Of a DNA stretch of 64,000 nucleotides, positions 8,136-17,864 are shown one piece after another. Location of the stretch: the NCBI GenBank assembly GCA_036378295.1, contig DASUWS010000203.1, forward strand, positions 27,217 to 91,216, written 5' to 3'. The translations under genes and the position numbers were made by a program. Source of the DNA: Ktedonobacterales bacterium. GTDB taxonomy: Bacteria > Chloroflexota > Ktedonobacteria > Ktedonobacterales > JADMIN01. The notes below the pieces were generated by a model. That model had not been told where the DNA came from. It searched no databases and saw only the letters and a list, made by a program, of their open reading frames with translations. How positions within the stretch are numbered: the first letter of the stretch is position 1; every line of letters begins with the position of its first letter.

Positions 8136-9128
8136 ATGCCGCTTCCGCTTGCTTTGGCGCCGCACCTGACCGTGCGCGCGCCCACTCATGATGAACTGCT
8201 CGCCATTTTCGAGTTGATCCAGGCGAGCGATCTCGATATCTTTGGCCAGTCCGACTATTCGCTGCAAGCGCTACGTCACGATTGGAGCCATCCAGGGTTC
8301 AACCCTGCCACCGACGCCTGGGTGGTGGCGCTGCCCGATGGTCGTTTCGTCGGCTATGCGCAGATCATGCACCGCAATCACTTCAAAATGTTTGGCATAG
8401 GCGTTGTTCACCCGGATTATTACAATCAGGGTATCGGGTCAGCGCTGGTGAAGCTCACGGAGGAACGATCACGCGAGCATATCCCACTGGCGCCCCCGGA
8501 AGCGCGTGTCTATCTGCATCTCTTTGTCGGCGCTGACCACAAGCCGTCCATTCACCTGCTGTCCGATCATGGCTATACCTTGGTACGCCGCACCACTCGC
8601 ATGCAGATTGAGATGGACGCGCCTCCGCCCGCACCAGTCTGGCCGGAAGGCATTTCGGTGCGCACGATGCTTCCAGGGCAGGACGAGCGCGCCATCTGGG
8701 AGGCGATGGAAGAGGCATTCTCCGACCACTGGGGCCATTCTCCCGAACCGTTCGAGCAGTGGTTGGCGCGTCACCAGGAACCGGATAGCCTCGTGCCCGA
8801 TCTCCAATTCCTGGCGATGGCGGGCGAGACCGTCGCGGGCGCGGCGCTCTGCATCTATCTGGAAGATATCGGCTGGGTGAATGTGCTAGGGGTGCGGCGT
8901 TCCTGGCGGAAACACGGGCTGGGACTCGCGCTGCTCCACCATGCCTTCGGTGAGTTCTACCGTCGTGGGACGCATACGGTCGGGCTGACGGTCGATGCGC
9001 AGAGCCTGACGGGCGCGACTCGCCTCTATGAGCGAGCCGGAATGCATCCACTCACCCACTACGACTCCTATGCAAAAGAGCTGCGTCCCGGTGTCGAGCT
9101 GACCGTCCAATCGCTGGACGATGCGTAA
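8136..9128 (+). CDS. tandem-GNAT N-acetyltransferase (MshD-like architecture)
   Basis: Two acetyltransferase halves. The first has NQGIGSALVKL. The second has RRSWRKHGLGLALLHHAFGEFYRRG..TRLYERAGM. Confidence 0.75.
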   Translation: MPLPLALAPHLTVRAPTHDELLAIFELIQASDLDIFGQSDYSLQALRHDWSHPGFNPATDAWVVALPDGRFVGYAQIMHRNHFKMFGIGVVHPDYYNQGIGSALVKLTEERSREHIPLAPPEARVYLHLFVGADHKPSIHLLSDHGYTLVRRTTRMQIEMDAPPPAPVWPEGISVRTMLPGQDERAIWEAMEEAFSDHWGHSPEPFEQWLARHQEPDSLVPDLQFLAMAGETVAGAALCIYLEDIGWVNVLGVRRSWRKHGLGLALLHHAFGEFYRRGTHTVGLTVDAQSLTGATRLYERAGMHPLTHYDSYAKELRPGVELTVQSLDDA

Positions 9129-9470
9129 GACGGGCGTATCGCCCAACTGGCTTGCGCCTGTGCCGAATGCTCGCATATACTACGCGCGGCGTTCCGCGCA
9201 TGAAGGGATTTGAATGCGTACAGTAGCGCCCGACCCACGTGTGGAGGCGTGTAGGTGACGCGGTGGGAACTATGCGAGGCATTCGGCGGGTGGTTCCTCG
9301 GCCAGCACAGTCGTGACGTACGAAGCAAACCGGCATCTCCAATGCCGACAATGAGCGTATGGTGTGCATCTCTTTCCTCGCGGTAACGTGATGACTGCAT
9401 GACACGCGCAGTGGAGGTTGTCCCCTGCGATGACTGTGTCATGCCCAACACGCGTGGAAGGATATGTGCA

Positions 9471-10193
9471 ATGGCCCAAGCAACCCATCCTCACTTTCCG
9501 TCTGAAGAGCACCCTGATACCGATCCGCGTCATCCGCGTACCGGCCCGGTGCTCTTTGACTGTGATGGCTTGCTGCTGGATACGGAAACCTGCTGGACGC
9601 GGGCGGAGTCGGCGCTTTTTGGCCGTTATGGCCGCTCGTTCGACCTCAGCGACAAACAGGCGCTCATTGGCCTGTCGTTGGCCGCTAGCGGCCGCGTGCT
9701 GGGTCGCCTCCTCGATCAACCACACCGTGGCGAGGCGCTCAGCGCTGAGTTGTTCGAGCTCGTGACCGAAGAACTGGCACGTGGCGCTGAGCCGCTTCCG
9801 GGAGCGGTGGCGCTTGTCGCCGCGTTGCAGGGGCGCCGACCCATCGCCGTCGTCTCCAATACGCCCAGTAGCCTTCTGCTGGCGACAATTATACGGGCGG
9901 GGTTCACCGATGCCTTTGACCTCGTGCTTGGCAGCGATGCGGTTGCCGCGCCCAAACCCGCGCCCGACCTCTATCTACACGCGTGCGCCTCGCTGCGCAG
10001 CGATCCCGCCGAGGCGATTGCGCTGGAAGATTCGCCAACGGGCGTCGCCGCCGCACGCGCCGCGGGCGTCTATGTCATCGGCGTCCCATCACTGGCATCT
10101 ACCGTCCTCGATGCGGATCTGCTTGCGCCATCACTCGCGCACCCGGATGTCTGGAGCATGCTACGGGTAGAATTTCCGCATGATGACGCGTGA
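9471..10193 (+). CDS. HAD-superfamily hydrolase (beta-phosphoglucomutase-like subfamily IA)
   Basis: VLFDCDGLLLDTE (DxDGxxxDT), VVSNT, EDSPTGVAAARAAGVYVIGV. The start was chosen at the ATG behind GGAAGGA. Confidence 0.8.
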   Translation: MAQATHPHFPSEEHPDTDPRHPRTGPVLFDCDGLLLDTETCWTRAESALFGRYGRSFDLSDKQALIGLSLAASGRVLGRLLDQPHRGEALSAELFELVTEELARGAEPLPGAVALVAALQGRRPIAVVSNTPSSLLLATIIRAGFTDAFDLVLGSDAVAAPKPAPDLYLHACASLRSDPAEAIALEDSPTGVAAARAAGVYVIGVPSLASTVLDADLLAPSLAHPDVWSMLRVEFPHDDA

Positions 10194-10435
10194 TGGTGCG
10201 GCTCTCTGACCTCTGCCACCGCTTGGTGCGATCTATCAGGCTCGCGGGACCGCTGGAGCATCACCGTGCCGCACTGCTGGCGGGATGTCTCACTGGTCCC
10301 CATCTTAAGCGCCTATGCGCAGGCGGTCCCATCTCGCGTCGAGCGAGCGTCTGATCATCGTCTGGTACGCAACGCTTGCGCCTCAGGCCCGGTTCACATG
10401 AGCAAACTGACCATATCTCAGCAAGGGGAAGAATC

Positions 10436-10834
10436 ATGAGCATCAACAGCGAGACCGTGCAGCAATGGCTCGATGCGTACACCCACGCGTGGATGACGTA
10501 TGACCCGGACGAGATCGGCAACCTCTTCAGCGAAGACGCCGAATACCGCTATCATCCGTGGGATGAGGGTGACGATGTCGTGCGCGGGCGCGCGCAGATC
10601 GTCGCGAACTGGCTTGAGAATCGCGACCGCGCCGGGACGTATCGCGGCGAGTACAGGCCGTTGTTGGTGCAAGGCGATCAGGCAATCGCGGTAGGGGTGT
10701 CCTCCTACTTCACCGACGACACACAGGCCACGCTCGACCGCGCGTTCCACAACCTCTGGGTGTTGCGCTTCGACGATGCGGGACAATGCCGCTCGTTCAC
10801 GGAGTGGTACATGCAGGCGCCACGCGCGGCCTAA
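10436..10834 (+). CDS. NTF2/SnoaL-like fold protein
   Basis: 132 aa. VQQWLDAYTHAWMTYDPDEIGNLFSEDAEYRYHPW resembles the SnoaL/DUF4440 N-terminal helix pattern. The ATG sits behind GGGGAAG. Confidence 0.55.
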   Translation: MSINSETVQQWLDAYTHAWMTYDPDEIGNLFSEDAEYRYHPWDEGDDVVRGRAQIVANWLENRDRAGTYRGEYRPLLVQGDQAIAVGVSSYFTDDTQATLDRAFHNLWVLRFDDAGQCRSFTEWYMQAPRAA

Positions 10835-10965
10835 CGCTCCAGACACCACCATGTCAGCTCGCCCCTTGCCCGCGTCACGCTGGCACGCCTACGCGCCTTT
10901 TCGTCATAATCAGGACGGAGAGGACGCAGGCAAGCGGAGTGCATAGCAGCGAAAGGCGTGGCGTG

Positions 10966-12231
10966 ATGGCGCGGATTCTCTTGACTACCTTTGGCTCCAG
11001 CGGCGACCTCAACCCATTTCTGGCGGTTGGGCTGGGTTTACGAGCGCGCGGCCATCAAGTCACGTTCGCGGTTGAGCGGAACTTTCAGTCTCAGGTGGTC
11101 GGGCTGGATTTCCCTTGCGTGCTGCTCGCTGGCGAGGCCGAAGCCGCACTGATGGACCACGCCGAATCGCTGGTATCGCGGGCGACGCCGCTCGCCTCGC
11201 TGCGCATTCTGATGAATGAGGTGATTCTCCCGGCATTGCGCCCGAAAGTGGAAGATCTGCGTGCCGCGTGCGCCGGGGCCGATGTCCTCGTCTCGTCAGC
11301 GCAGCAGATCGCCACCTCGTTCGTCGCCGACCTCACCCATATTCCCTGGGCCACTATCGCCCTCTCACCTGTCGTCATCCCCTCGGCCTACATTGAGCCG
11401 CAACCGTCACCTGTGCCCATTCCCAAATCGCTCCAGCCGCTGGCCAACCGCGCCTCGTGGTGGGTAGGCATGGCAGCGGTGCGTCGCCTCTGGGACGTTC
11501 CCGTCAACCGGGTGCGGGCGGAGTATGGCCTGCCGCCTCGCCGTGATCTGGCGCAGGTGGGCAACCTCTCGCGCGAGTTGACGGCACTGGCTGTCTCCCC
11601 GGCATATACACCGCGTCCGCCGGACTGGCCCGCATGGGTGCGTCAGACGGGCTTCTGCTTCTGGGATGCTCCGGAGACCTGGGAAGAGCCGCCGGAGCTT
11701 ACGGCATTTCTGGCGGACGAGCGCCCGGTCGTCGCGATCTCATCGGGTTCGGTCTCGGATAAAGTGGCAGGCGCCTTCGACCCCATGTATCGCGCGGGCA
11801 TCGAGGCGATTCGCCTGGCGGGTGCGCGAGCACTGGTCATCGGCGCGCCGCCGGAAGCCCTGCCAGATCCGCTGCCGGGCGATGTCTTCGCCTTGCATTA
11901 TGCGCCGTTCTCGCAGGTCTATCCCCGCTGCGCGGCGGCAATCCATCACGGAGGCATCGGCACACTGGCACAGGGGTTGCGCGCGGGCATCCCAGCGCTG
12001 GTGGTGCCGTGGGGCGTCGATCAATTCTTCGCGGGCGCGCAGCTTGCGCGTACCGGCGCGGGCCGCTGGCTCCGCCGTCCTTCGTTCACGGCGGAGCGTG
12101 GCGCGCGGGAACTCACGGCGCTGCTAGATGACCCCTCCTACCGGAAGCGGGCGCAAGCCATCGCACAGCAGATCGCCGCCGAAGATGGTGTCGGCGCGTT
12201 CATCGGCCTGCTGGAGAAGATGCTCGGCTGA
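10966..12231 (+). CDS. GT1-family (MGT/UDP-glycosyltransferase-like) glycosyltransferase
   Basis: MARILLTTFGSSGDLNPFLAVGLGLRARGH N-terminal domain. C-terminal nucleotide-sugar motif HHGGIGTLAQGLRAGIPALVVPWGVDQF. Confidence 0.8.
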   Translation: MARILLTTFGSSGDLNPFLAVGLGLRARGHQVTFAVERNFQSQVVGLDFPCVLLAGEAEAALMDHAESLVSRATPLASLRILMNEVILPALRPKVEDLRAACAGADVLVSSAQQIATSFVADLTHIPWATIALSPVVIPSAYIEPQPSPVPIPKSLQPLANRASWWVGMAAVRRLWDVPVNRVRAEYGLPPRRDLAQVGNLSRELTALAVSPAYTPRPPDWPAWVRQTGFCFWDAPETWEEPPELTAFLADERPVVAISSGSVSDKVAGAFDPMYRAGIEAIRLAGARALVIGAPPEALPDPLPGDVFALHYAPFSQVYPRCAAAIHHGGIGTLAQGLRAGIPALVVPWGVDQFFAGAQLARTGAGRWLRRPSFTAERGARELTALLDDPSYRKRAQAIAQQIAAEDGVGAFIGLLEKMLG

Positions 12232-12655
12232 GTGATTGCCTCGATGGTAGAGAACCATGTCGCACCACCCACCGCTCACCACAATGCTGTCCGGAATGAC
12301 CCGCCCTGAACGCCGCTCACTCGCGCCAATCTCGTGAGCATATCGTGACCTTGCCTGACCCCACTGTGACGGCGGCAAAATGCGATTCTACTATTACCGC
12401 CTCTGAACCGCCTCTGAGTGAGCGAGGAAGTAGAACAGATGACTGCAGGGACGATCAGGCACTCGCCACACGCCACTTCCGACCTGAGAGACCTTCTCAT
12501 GATGGATTACGCCGATGCAGTGTCATGGCTTATCTGGAGAAGCATGGCACCGCTTGTGCTGAATCCAGAGACCAGGACGAGGCACGATGCCCTGCCATTG
12601 GGTCCGCAATGGGCAGGCGCGTCAACCCTCCTCGCAGGGAAGGAGCCGACGAGAT

Positions 12656-13378
12656 ATGGACAGGGAGCAGGGAAGCGCTCAGGTCGCAGTATCTCTCAGA
12701 TGCGCGCGTGATGAGGCACTGGCGGCGCTCCTCAAGGATCGTCTGGCACATGACCGGAGGACGGAGCATCTACAGCTCGACGTGCGGGTTGATGGGGCAA
12801 TTGCTCACGTGTCTGGTGGGGTTGGCTCAGAGGATGAGCGCGCCCTCGTGCGGCGGCTGCTACGTCAGCAAGGCGGTATCTACGCCGTCTGGGACCTGCT
12901 CCAGCTACCGGCGCAACGGCTGGAGGTCGCCGACTTTGGCTGCGGCGGGCATAAGCAGATCCCAGGGGCGTACGGCGTGGACCAGGTGCTGATGCCGGGT
13001 GTGGATGCCGTCGCCGACCTCGAACGCGAGCTTCCGTTCGATAGCGACGCCTTTGACCATATCTTTGCCATTCACGTGCTGGAGCACATTCACAACCTGC
13101 TCGGCCTGATGCGCGAGCTTCACCGGGTGCTCCGTCCAACTGGCGTGCTTCATGTCTTCGCGCCGCATTGGCGACACCCCAACGCCATCGCCGACCCAAC
13201 CCACGTGCGCATGATCCATGTGCAGACGTTCAAGTATTTCTGTGAGCCCCATCCAGAGGTAGCTCCCTGGCGACCGCTCATGGTGACCGCATCGGATGAT
13301 ACCGTCCATGCTGACCTGCAGCCGCTCAAAGACGGCCCACTCGCCAGCTCCGTTGAGCTTGCCCGCTGGTTCGCCTGA
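12656..13378 (+). CDS. BON domain fused to class I SAM-dependent methyltransferase
   Basis: N-terminal LQLDVRVDGAIAHVSGGVGSEDERALVRRLLRQQGGIYAVWDLL is BON-like. C-terminal DFGCGG..FDHIFAIHVLEHI..MRELHRVLRPTGVL is Methyltransf_11-like. The ATG sits behind GGAAGGAG. Confidence 0.7.
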   Translation: MDREQGSAQVAVSLRCARDEALAALLKDRLAHDRRTEHLQLDVRVDGAIAHVSGGVGSEDERALVRRLLRQQGGIYAVWDLLQLPAQRLEVADFGCGGHKQIPGAYGVDQVLMPGVDAVADLERELPFDSDAFDHIFAIHVLEHIHNLLGLMRELHRVLRPTGVLHVFAPHWRHPNAIADPTHVRMIHVQTFKYFCEPHPEVAPWRPLMVTASDDTVHADLQPLKDGPLASSVELARWFA

Positions 13379-13591
13379 CCATCCCCGCGCCAGCCCATCG
13401 CGGACCAGACGTTGCTGAAGATCGCGCAGGCGCGTCCATCGCCTTGCCGGAGAAGATGCTGGCCTCAACAGTGTGAACAGCTATGACGGCAATTCCAGAT
13501 GGCGTGTATCGTTTCTAGCGTTTCAGCGTCTAGCAGGACGGATTCTCCGTGCCACTCGTCGCACTCGGCTCTACGCTTACGGTCATGTCAC

Positions 13592-14896
13592 TCACGCCTT
13601 CACGTAGGTCATGGGGCCAACCAACCGCACCAGCCCTTTGAGCTCCAGCATCACCAGCGTGCCCGATACCTCAGCGACCGGCATTCCCGACGCGCGGCAG
13701 AGATCGTCGATATGCCCTGGCTCATCGCTGGCATCCAGCAACGCCAGCAGCCGCGCCTCGCTGTCGTTCTCCGGCAGGGTCTCGCGCAGCTCCAGCATCT
13801 CTATCTGCTGTGGCGCCAGGTGCAGATTCAACTCCGAGAGAATATCGCCGACCTCCAGCACCATCTTTGCGCCGTCCTGAATCAGCCGATTCGCGCCGGT
13901 GCTCGTCCGGCTGGTGACGTTGCCGGGTACGGCGAAGACATCGCGCCCCTGCTCGGCGGCGAAGCGTGTGGTGATCAACGCACCGCTCGTTTCGGGCGCT
14001 TCGGTCACCAGCACGCCAAGCGAGAGGCCGCTAATCAGCCGGTTGCGCGCGGGGAAATTGCCTGCCTCTGGCTGGGTGCCCGGCGGGAACTCCGTCAGAA
14101 TGGCCCCCTGCTCGATCATGCGTGCCGCCAGCTTGGCGTTATCCGGCGGATAGACCAGATCCGGCCCGCAGCCAAGCACAGCAATCGTCCGTCCGCCTGC
14201 CTCCAGCGTGGCATGGTGCGCGAAGGTATCTATGCCGCGTGCCAGCCCGCTGACAATCGTGATGGACTGCCGCGCAAGCTCACTCGCCAGCTTCACGGTC
14301 ATCTGGCGGCCATAGGGGCTCGCTCGCCGCGTGCCCACAATGCCAAGCGCCCATTCGTCCTGTGGCGCGAGCGTCCCGCGCAGATAGAGTACCGGCGGTG
14401 GCAGGGGAATCTCGCGCAAGAGCCGGGGATAGGCCGGGTCGATGAGCCGCAACACGCCTACGCGCAACCTGATGAGCCGCTCGACCTCAGCCGCTGGCTC
14501 GATGAGCCTCCGCTGCTGCTCCAGTGATGTCGCGGTACGGGTATCCAGGCCCGCCGCCTGCCAGCCACTCGCCGTAGCCTCCCATGCGGCGCGGGCGCTG
14601 CCGAAGGCTTCCAGCAGCAGCCGGAACCGCGCCGGGCCAATGCCCCTGACACGATTGAGCGCCAGCCAGTAGGGCAGATCAGGGTCGTCAAACGCGGTTC
14701 CCATGGCGGCCGTGAGGCGCGGGCCATGCGTACCGTCCAGCGCATCGGCTTCCAGATAGGGAATGGCGGGTGGAATGCCACCTCTTCCCGCGTCTCTGGC
14801 CTCGCTCTCGGAGGTTCCCGCCTCATCATCGAGCAGGCTGGCGAAGAGCGAATCGGCGTCGTCAGGCGGGGGCGTCTTGGGCGAGCGTCGGGGCAT
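13592..14896 (-). CDS. dprA: DNA processing protein DprA (Smf)
   Basis: Rossmann-like core IVSGLARGIDTFAHHATLEAGGRTIAVLGCGPDLVYP..FPARNRLISGLS..VTEAPETSGALITT plus a C-terminal winged helix. Confidence 0.9.
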   Translation of the reverse strand: MPRRSPKTPPPDDADSLFASLLDDEAGTSESEARDAGRGGIPPAIPYLEADALDGTHGPRLTAAMGTAFDDPDLPYWLALNRVRGIGPARFRLLLEAFGSARAAWEATASGWQAAGLDTRTATSLEQQRRLIEPAAEVERLIRLRVGVLRLIDPAYPRLLREIPLPPPVLYLRGTLAPQDEWALGIVGTRRASPYGRQMTVKLASELARQSITIVSGLARGIDTFAHHATLEAGGRTIAVLGCGPDLVYPPDNAKLAARMIEQGAILTEFPPGTQPEAGNFPARNRLISGLSLGVLVTEAPETSGALITTRFAAEQGRDVFAVPGNVTSRTSTGANRLIQDGAKMVLEVGDILSELNLHLAPQQIEMLELRETLPENDSEARLLALLDASDEPGHIDDLCRASGMPVAEVSGTLVMLELKGLVRLVGPMTYVKA

Positions 14897-15037
14897 GCGG
14901 CGTCATCTCTTTCTCTCTGGATGCCGGACGGCGATGTGGTCTCAGCAACTACAACGCTGTCTGCCCGCCTCTGTAACCGGCAAGCGCTTTTCCTGGGCCA
15001 CTATGGCGACCGGGCATGCCCCAACCGCCATTGCCTG

Positions 15038-15667
15038 TTACCAGCCGCGCGCCTGCCACTCATCCAGCGCGGGTCGCTCGTTCCCGATGGTGGTGGATTT
15101 CCCATGTCCTGGGAGCACAAGCGTGCTATCGGGCAGAATGAAGAGTTTCTCACGCAGGCTGGTCATAATCTGGGGGAAGTCGCCGAGTGGCTGTTTCGTC
15201 GCGCCGGGGCCGCCGGGAAAGAGTGTATCGCCGCTGAAGAGGCAGCCATCGGCCAGAAAACAGACGCCGCCGGGTGTGTGGCCAGGCGTGTGGATGACAC
15301 GGATCTCGCCTGAGCCAAGCCCGATGCGCTGACCATCGGTGAGGGCGAAATTCGGCGTAAGCGGCAGCATATCAGCGTCCGCCAGGTGAACGCCTACCGG
15401 CACGCCCCATGTATCGCGCAGTTGTCCCAGGGCGCCCCAATGGTCGGCATGGCCATGCGTCAGCAGAATCATGCGGACCCGCGCCTTCACCCTGGCAATC
15501 TCGCTCGCGAGGCGCTCCGCCTCATCGGAGGCATCAATCAGCACCGCTTCACGCGTCTGAGGCGAGATGAGCAAGTAGACGTTATTCTCCATCGGCCCAG
15601 TTTCGAAGGTATAGCGCTCAAACTGGCCATGCGCCGTCGTCGCCGGAGCATTCCCGCGCTTCTGCAT
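15038..15667 (-). CDS. MBL-fold metallo-hydrolase (glyoxalase II-like)
   Basis: LLTHGHADHWG (HxHxDH), HTPGHTPG, GDTLFPGGPG. The ATG at 15667 sits behind AAGGAG. Confidence 0.8.
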   Translation of the reverse strand: MQKRGNAPATTAHGQFERYTFETGPMENNVYLLISPQTREAVLIDASDEAERLASEIARVKARVRMILLTHGHADHWGALGQLRDTWGVPVGVHLADADMLPLTPNFALTDGQRIGLGSGEIRVIHTPGHTPGGVCFLADGCLFSGDTLFPGGPGATKQPLGDFPQIMTSLREKLFILPDSTLVLPGHGKSTTIGNERPALDEWQARGW

Positions 15668-15917
15668 ATGCCGCAACTCCTTATCCAGAGATACCCGTCC
15701 GGATCTATCAGCTACACCAGCCAAAACAAGAGCTGGCAACCGCTGGTGATGCATGATGTTTTATGATGGCCCGAACCTTGCGCTCACCAGTATACGACGC
15801 CGCTGGCACACAAATTGTACATGGTCTTGTGATCTGTCCTGTGTATGAGCGTCGCAGGACCCCAGCGCGCATGGAACGCGAGCGGCCCAGGTCGAGCGTC
15901 TAGAGGAGCTTAAGGCG

Positions 15918-17075
15918 ATGGCAAGTCAACAGGCGATGAGACACCCAGCAGGCCAGCGTGCAGAACAGCACGCGCATGGCAAGGGCCTGAAACAGCGCAT
16001 CCAACCATTGCTCGAGTTCTGGCAGAAGTTGAGCAACGACTGGATCTTCAACCTGTCCGGGCTGCTCGCCTACAACTTTCTCATGTCCATCTTCCCGATT
16101 CTGCTGGCATTGCTGGCTGTGGCTGGATTCATCCTCAATGCCATCTCGCCAGGGAGCGAACAGCAGCTCGTCAATGCAATAGCTGGCGCGTTGCCCGGCG
16201 GCGCCTCGGGTTCGGGCGGGCAGATCGTGCATGCGGCACTAACACGGCTACAGCGCCAGGCGGGTGCTCTGTTTGTCATCGGCCTGCTAACGGCGGTCTT
16301 TACTGGCTCACGGCTGTTCGTGACAATCGAGAACTGCTTTGGCATCATCTTCCGGCTACGGAGCCGCAACATAATACGGCAGAACCTGATGGCCATCGGG
16401 ATGCTGTTGCTCTATGTCGTGCTGGTGCCCATCATCTTTCTGGCGTCGTTTGTGCCGACGGCGATTGTCAATGCCCTCAACGCCACCACTGGAGACGCTG
16501 GTCTCTCCGGCCTGCTGATTCGTCTCGTCGGTTTGCTGGCTTCCTTCGCCGTCGCGGCGATACTCTTCGGCGCGATCTATGTGGTGGTACCCAATCACCC
16601 GGTGCGCTTCCGTGAGGTCTGGAAGGGAACGCTCCTGGCAGCGGCACTGCTCCTGCTCTATGAGCTGGTTTTCCCGATCTACGAGAGCCTTATGCTCAAG
16701 CCCGGCAATTATGGCGCAGTCGCGGGCTTCGCTATCGTCATCCTCGTGTTCTTCTACTACCTGGCTGTCATCCTGCTGTTGGGGGCAGAGGTGAACTCAT
16801 GGATGGCGGGCCAGCGCCAAACCGCCAGTGATATCCCCGCGATTCTACACGAAGTGCAGGTGCACAACACCACGCGCGGCGCGGCAGGGCCAACGGCGGG
16901 TCAGCCGCAGGAAGACCTACAAAATCGCGCAGGCGCGCAGGCGATGGAAACGCAGAGCGAGGCTATGGAGCACGAAAACAGCGATCATAGCCGCGATACC
17001 AAGCCATCAACCGTCCAGCCGGGCGCGGCGGCCAGCCCCGCCAACAACACCAACACTACCGGGCCAGATTCTTAG
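15918..17075 (+). CDS. YihY/BrkB family membrane protein
   Basis: LSGLLAYNFLMSIFPILLALLAV and YGAVAGFAIVILVFFYYLAVILLLGAEVN are typical of YihY. The C-terminal tail is hydrophilic. Confidence 0.8.
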   Translation: MASQQAMRHPAGQRAEQHAHGKGLKQRIQPLLEFWQKLSNDWIFNLSGLLAYNFLMSIFPILLALLAVAGFILNAISPGSEQQLVNAIAGALPGGASGSGGQIVHAALTRLQRQAGALFVIGLLTAVFTGSRLFVTIENCFGIIFRLRSRNIIRQNLMAIGMLLLYVVLVPIIFLASFVPTAIVNALNATTGDAGLSGLLIRLVGLLASFAVAAILFGAIYVVVPNHPVRFREVWKGTLLAAALLLLYELVFPIYESLMLKPGNYGAVAGFAIVILVFFYYLAVILLLGAEVNSWMAGQRQTASDIPAILHEVQVHNTTRGAAGPTAGQPQEDLQNRAGAQAMETQSEAMEHENSDHSRDTKPSTVQPGAAASPANNTNTTGPDS

Positions 17076-17200
17076 ACGATCAGGGACGTTTCCGACGCTG
17101 GCACAGGAGTGAGCGAGAGACGCGCGGCAGGCTCGGTATTGCCATTGGGCGGGTGTCGTGGCGGCAGCCCTCTGGCTGGAGGACGCCGCTGCCACTGCCG

Positions 17201-17743
17201 CTAAATGCCGTGGAACGAGGGGCGCTGGTAGGCGGGACGCGGGCCAGTATAACCCGGCGCGGCATGCTCGGCGGTGACGACTGTCTTGATGTTGCCGCGC
17301 ACGTTGAACTCCGCCACGACGCGCATCCAACGGGGCGCCAGCACGCCTACCAGATCGTCGAGTATGTCATTGGTGGCTGCTTCATGGCTGAGCGCGCGGT
17401 CGCGGTAGCTATTGATATAGAGCTTCAGGCTTTTGAGCTCCACAACCGATGGCCCAGGCACGTAATCAATGACAATCGTGGCGAAGTCGGGAAAGCCAGA
17501 GCGCGGACAGACGCAGGTAAACTCCGGGATCTCGAAGTGGATAACGTAGTCGCGCCCGGAGCGGGGATTGGGCCAGGGCTCCAGCCGATTCTCCGCGATC
17601 TCCTCGCGCCCATAGACGCCCGGAGTACGCGGGCGCTGGCCGTTCTCGTTCCGCTCGGTCTGCCGCTCGGTCTGTGTCTGCGTGTGTGTCTGTTGTTGTG
17701 TTTCTTGGTGTGTATGTCGCGCTGTCTTGTCAGCCTTTGCCAT
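17201..17743 (-). CDS. queF: NADPH-dependent 7-cyano-7-deazaguanine reductase
   Basis: [51 protein letters not shown] QueF motifs. It carries an unusual T/Q-rich N-terminal extension. Confidence 0.85.
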   Translation of the reverse strand: MAKADKTARHTHQETQQQTHTQTQTERQTERNENGQRPRTPGVYGREEIAENRLEPWPNPRSGRDYVIHFEIPEFTCVCPRSGFPDFATIVIDYVPGPSVVELKSLKLYINSYRDRALSHEAATNDILDDLVGVLAPRWMRVVAEFNVRGNIKTVVTAEHAAPGYTGPRPAYQRPSFHGI

Positions 17744-17864
17744 CTGTCTGTCTCTCCCCTGGATTCGTGCGCGGAGGCGCGCTTGCTCCCGGCGCTGCTC
17801 AACAGCACATTGTACCGCGTGACGACAGCCTAGGGGAAAGATGCTCTAGCGTTGTCTGAGCCGT

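Noticed and set aside
13499-14527. 342-aa plus-strand ORF
   Set aside because: It is antisense to dprA, which has clear family motifs. The composition is Arg/Gln/His-rich and it has no RBS.
17744-17864. preQ1 riboswitch upstream of queF
   Set aside because: The leader is GC-rich and contains a TACAAT box. It lacks the small hairpin plus A-rich ACUA tail of preQ1 aptamers.
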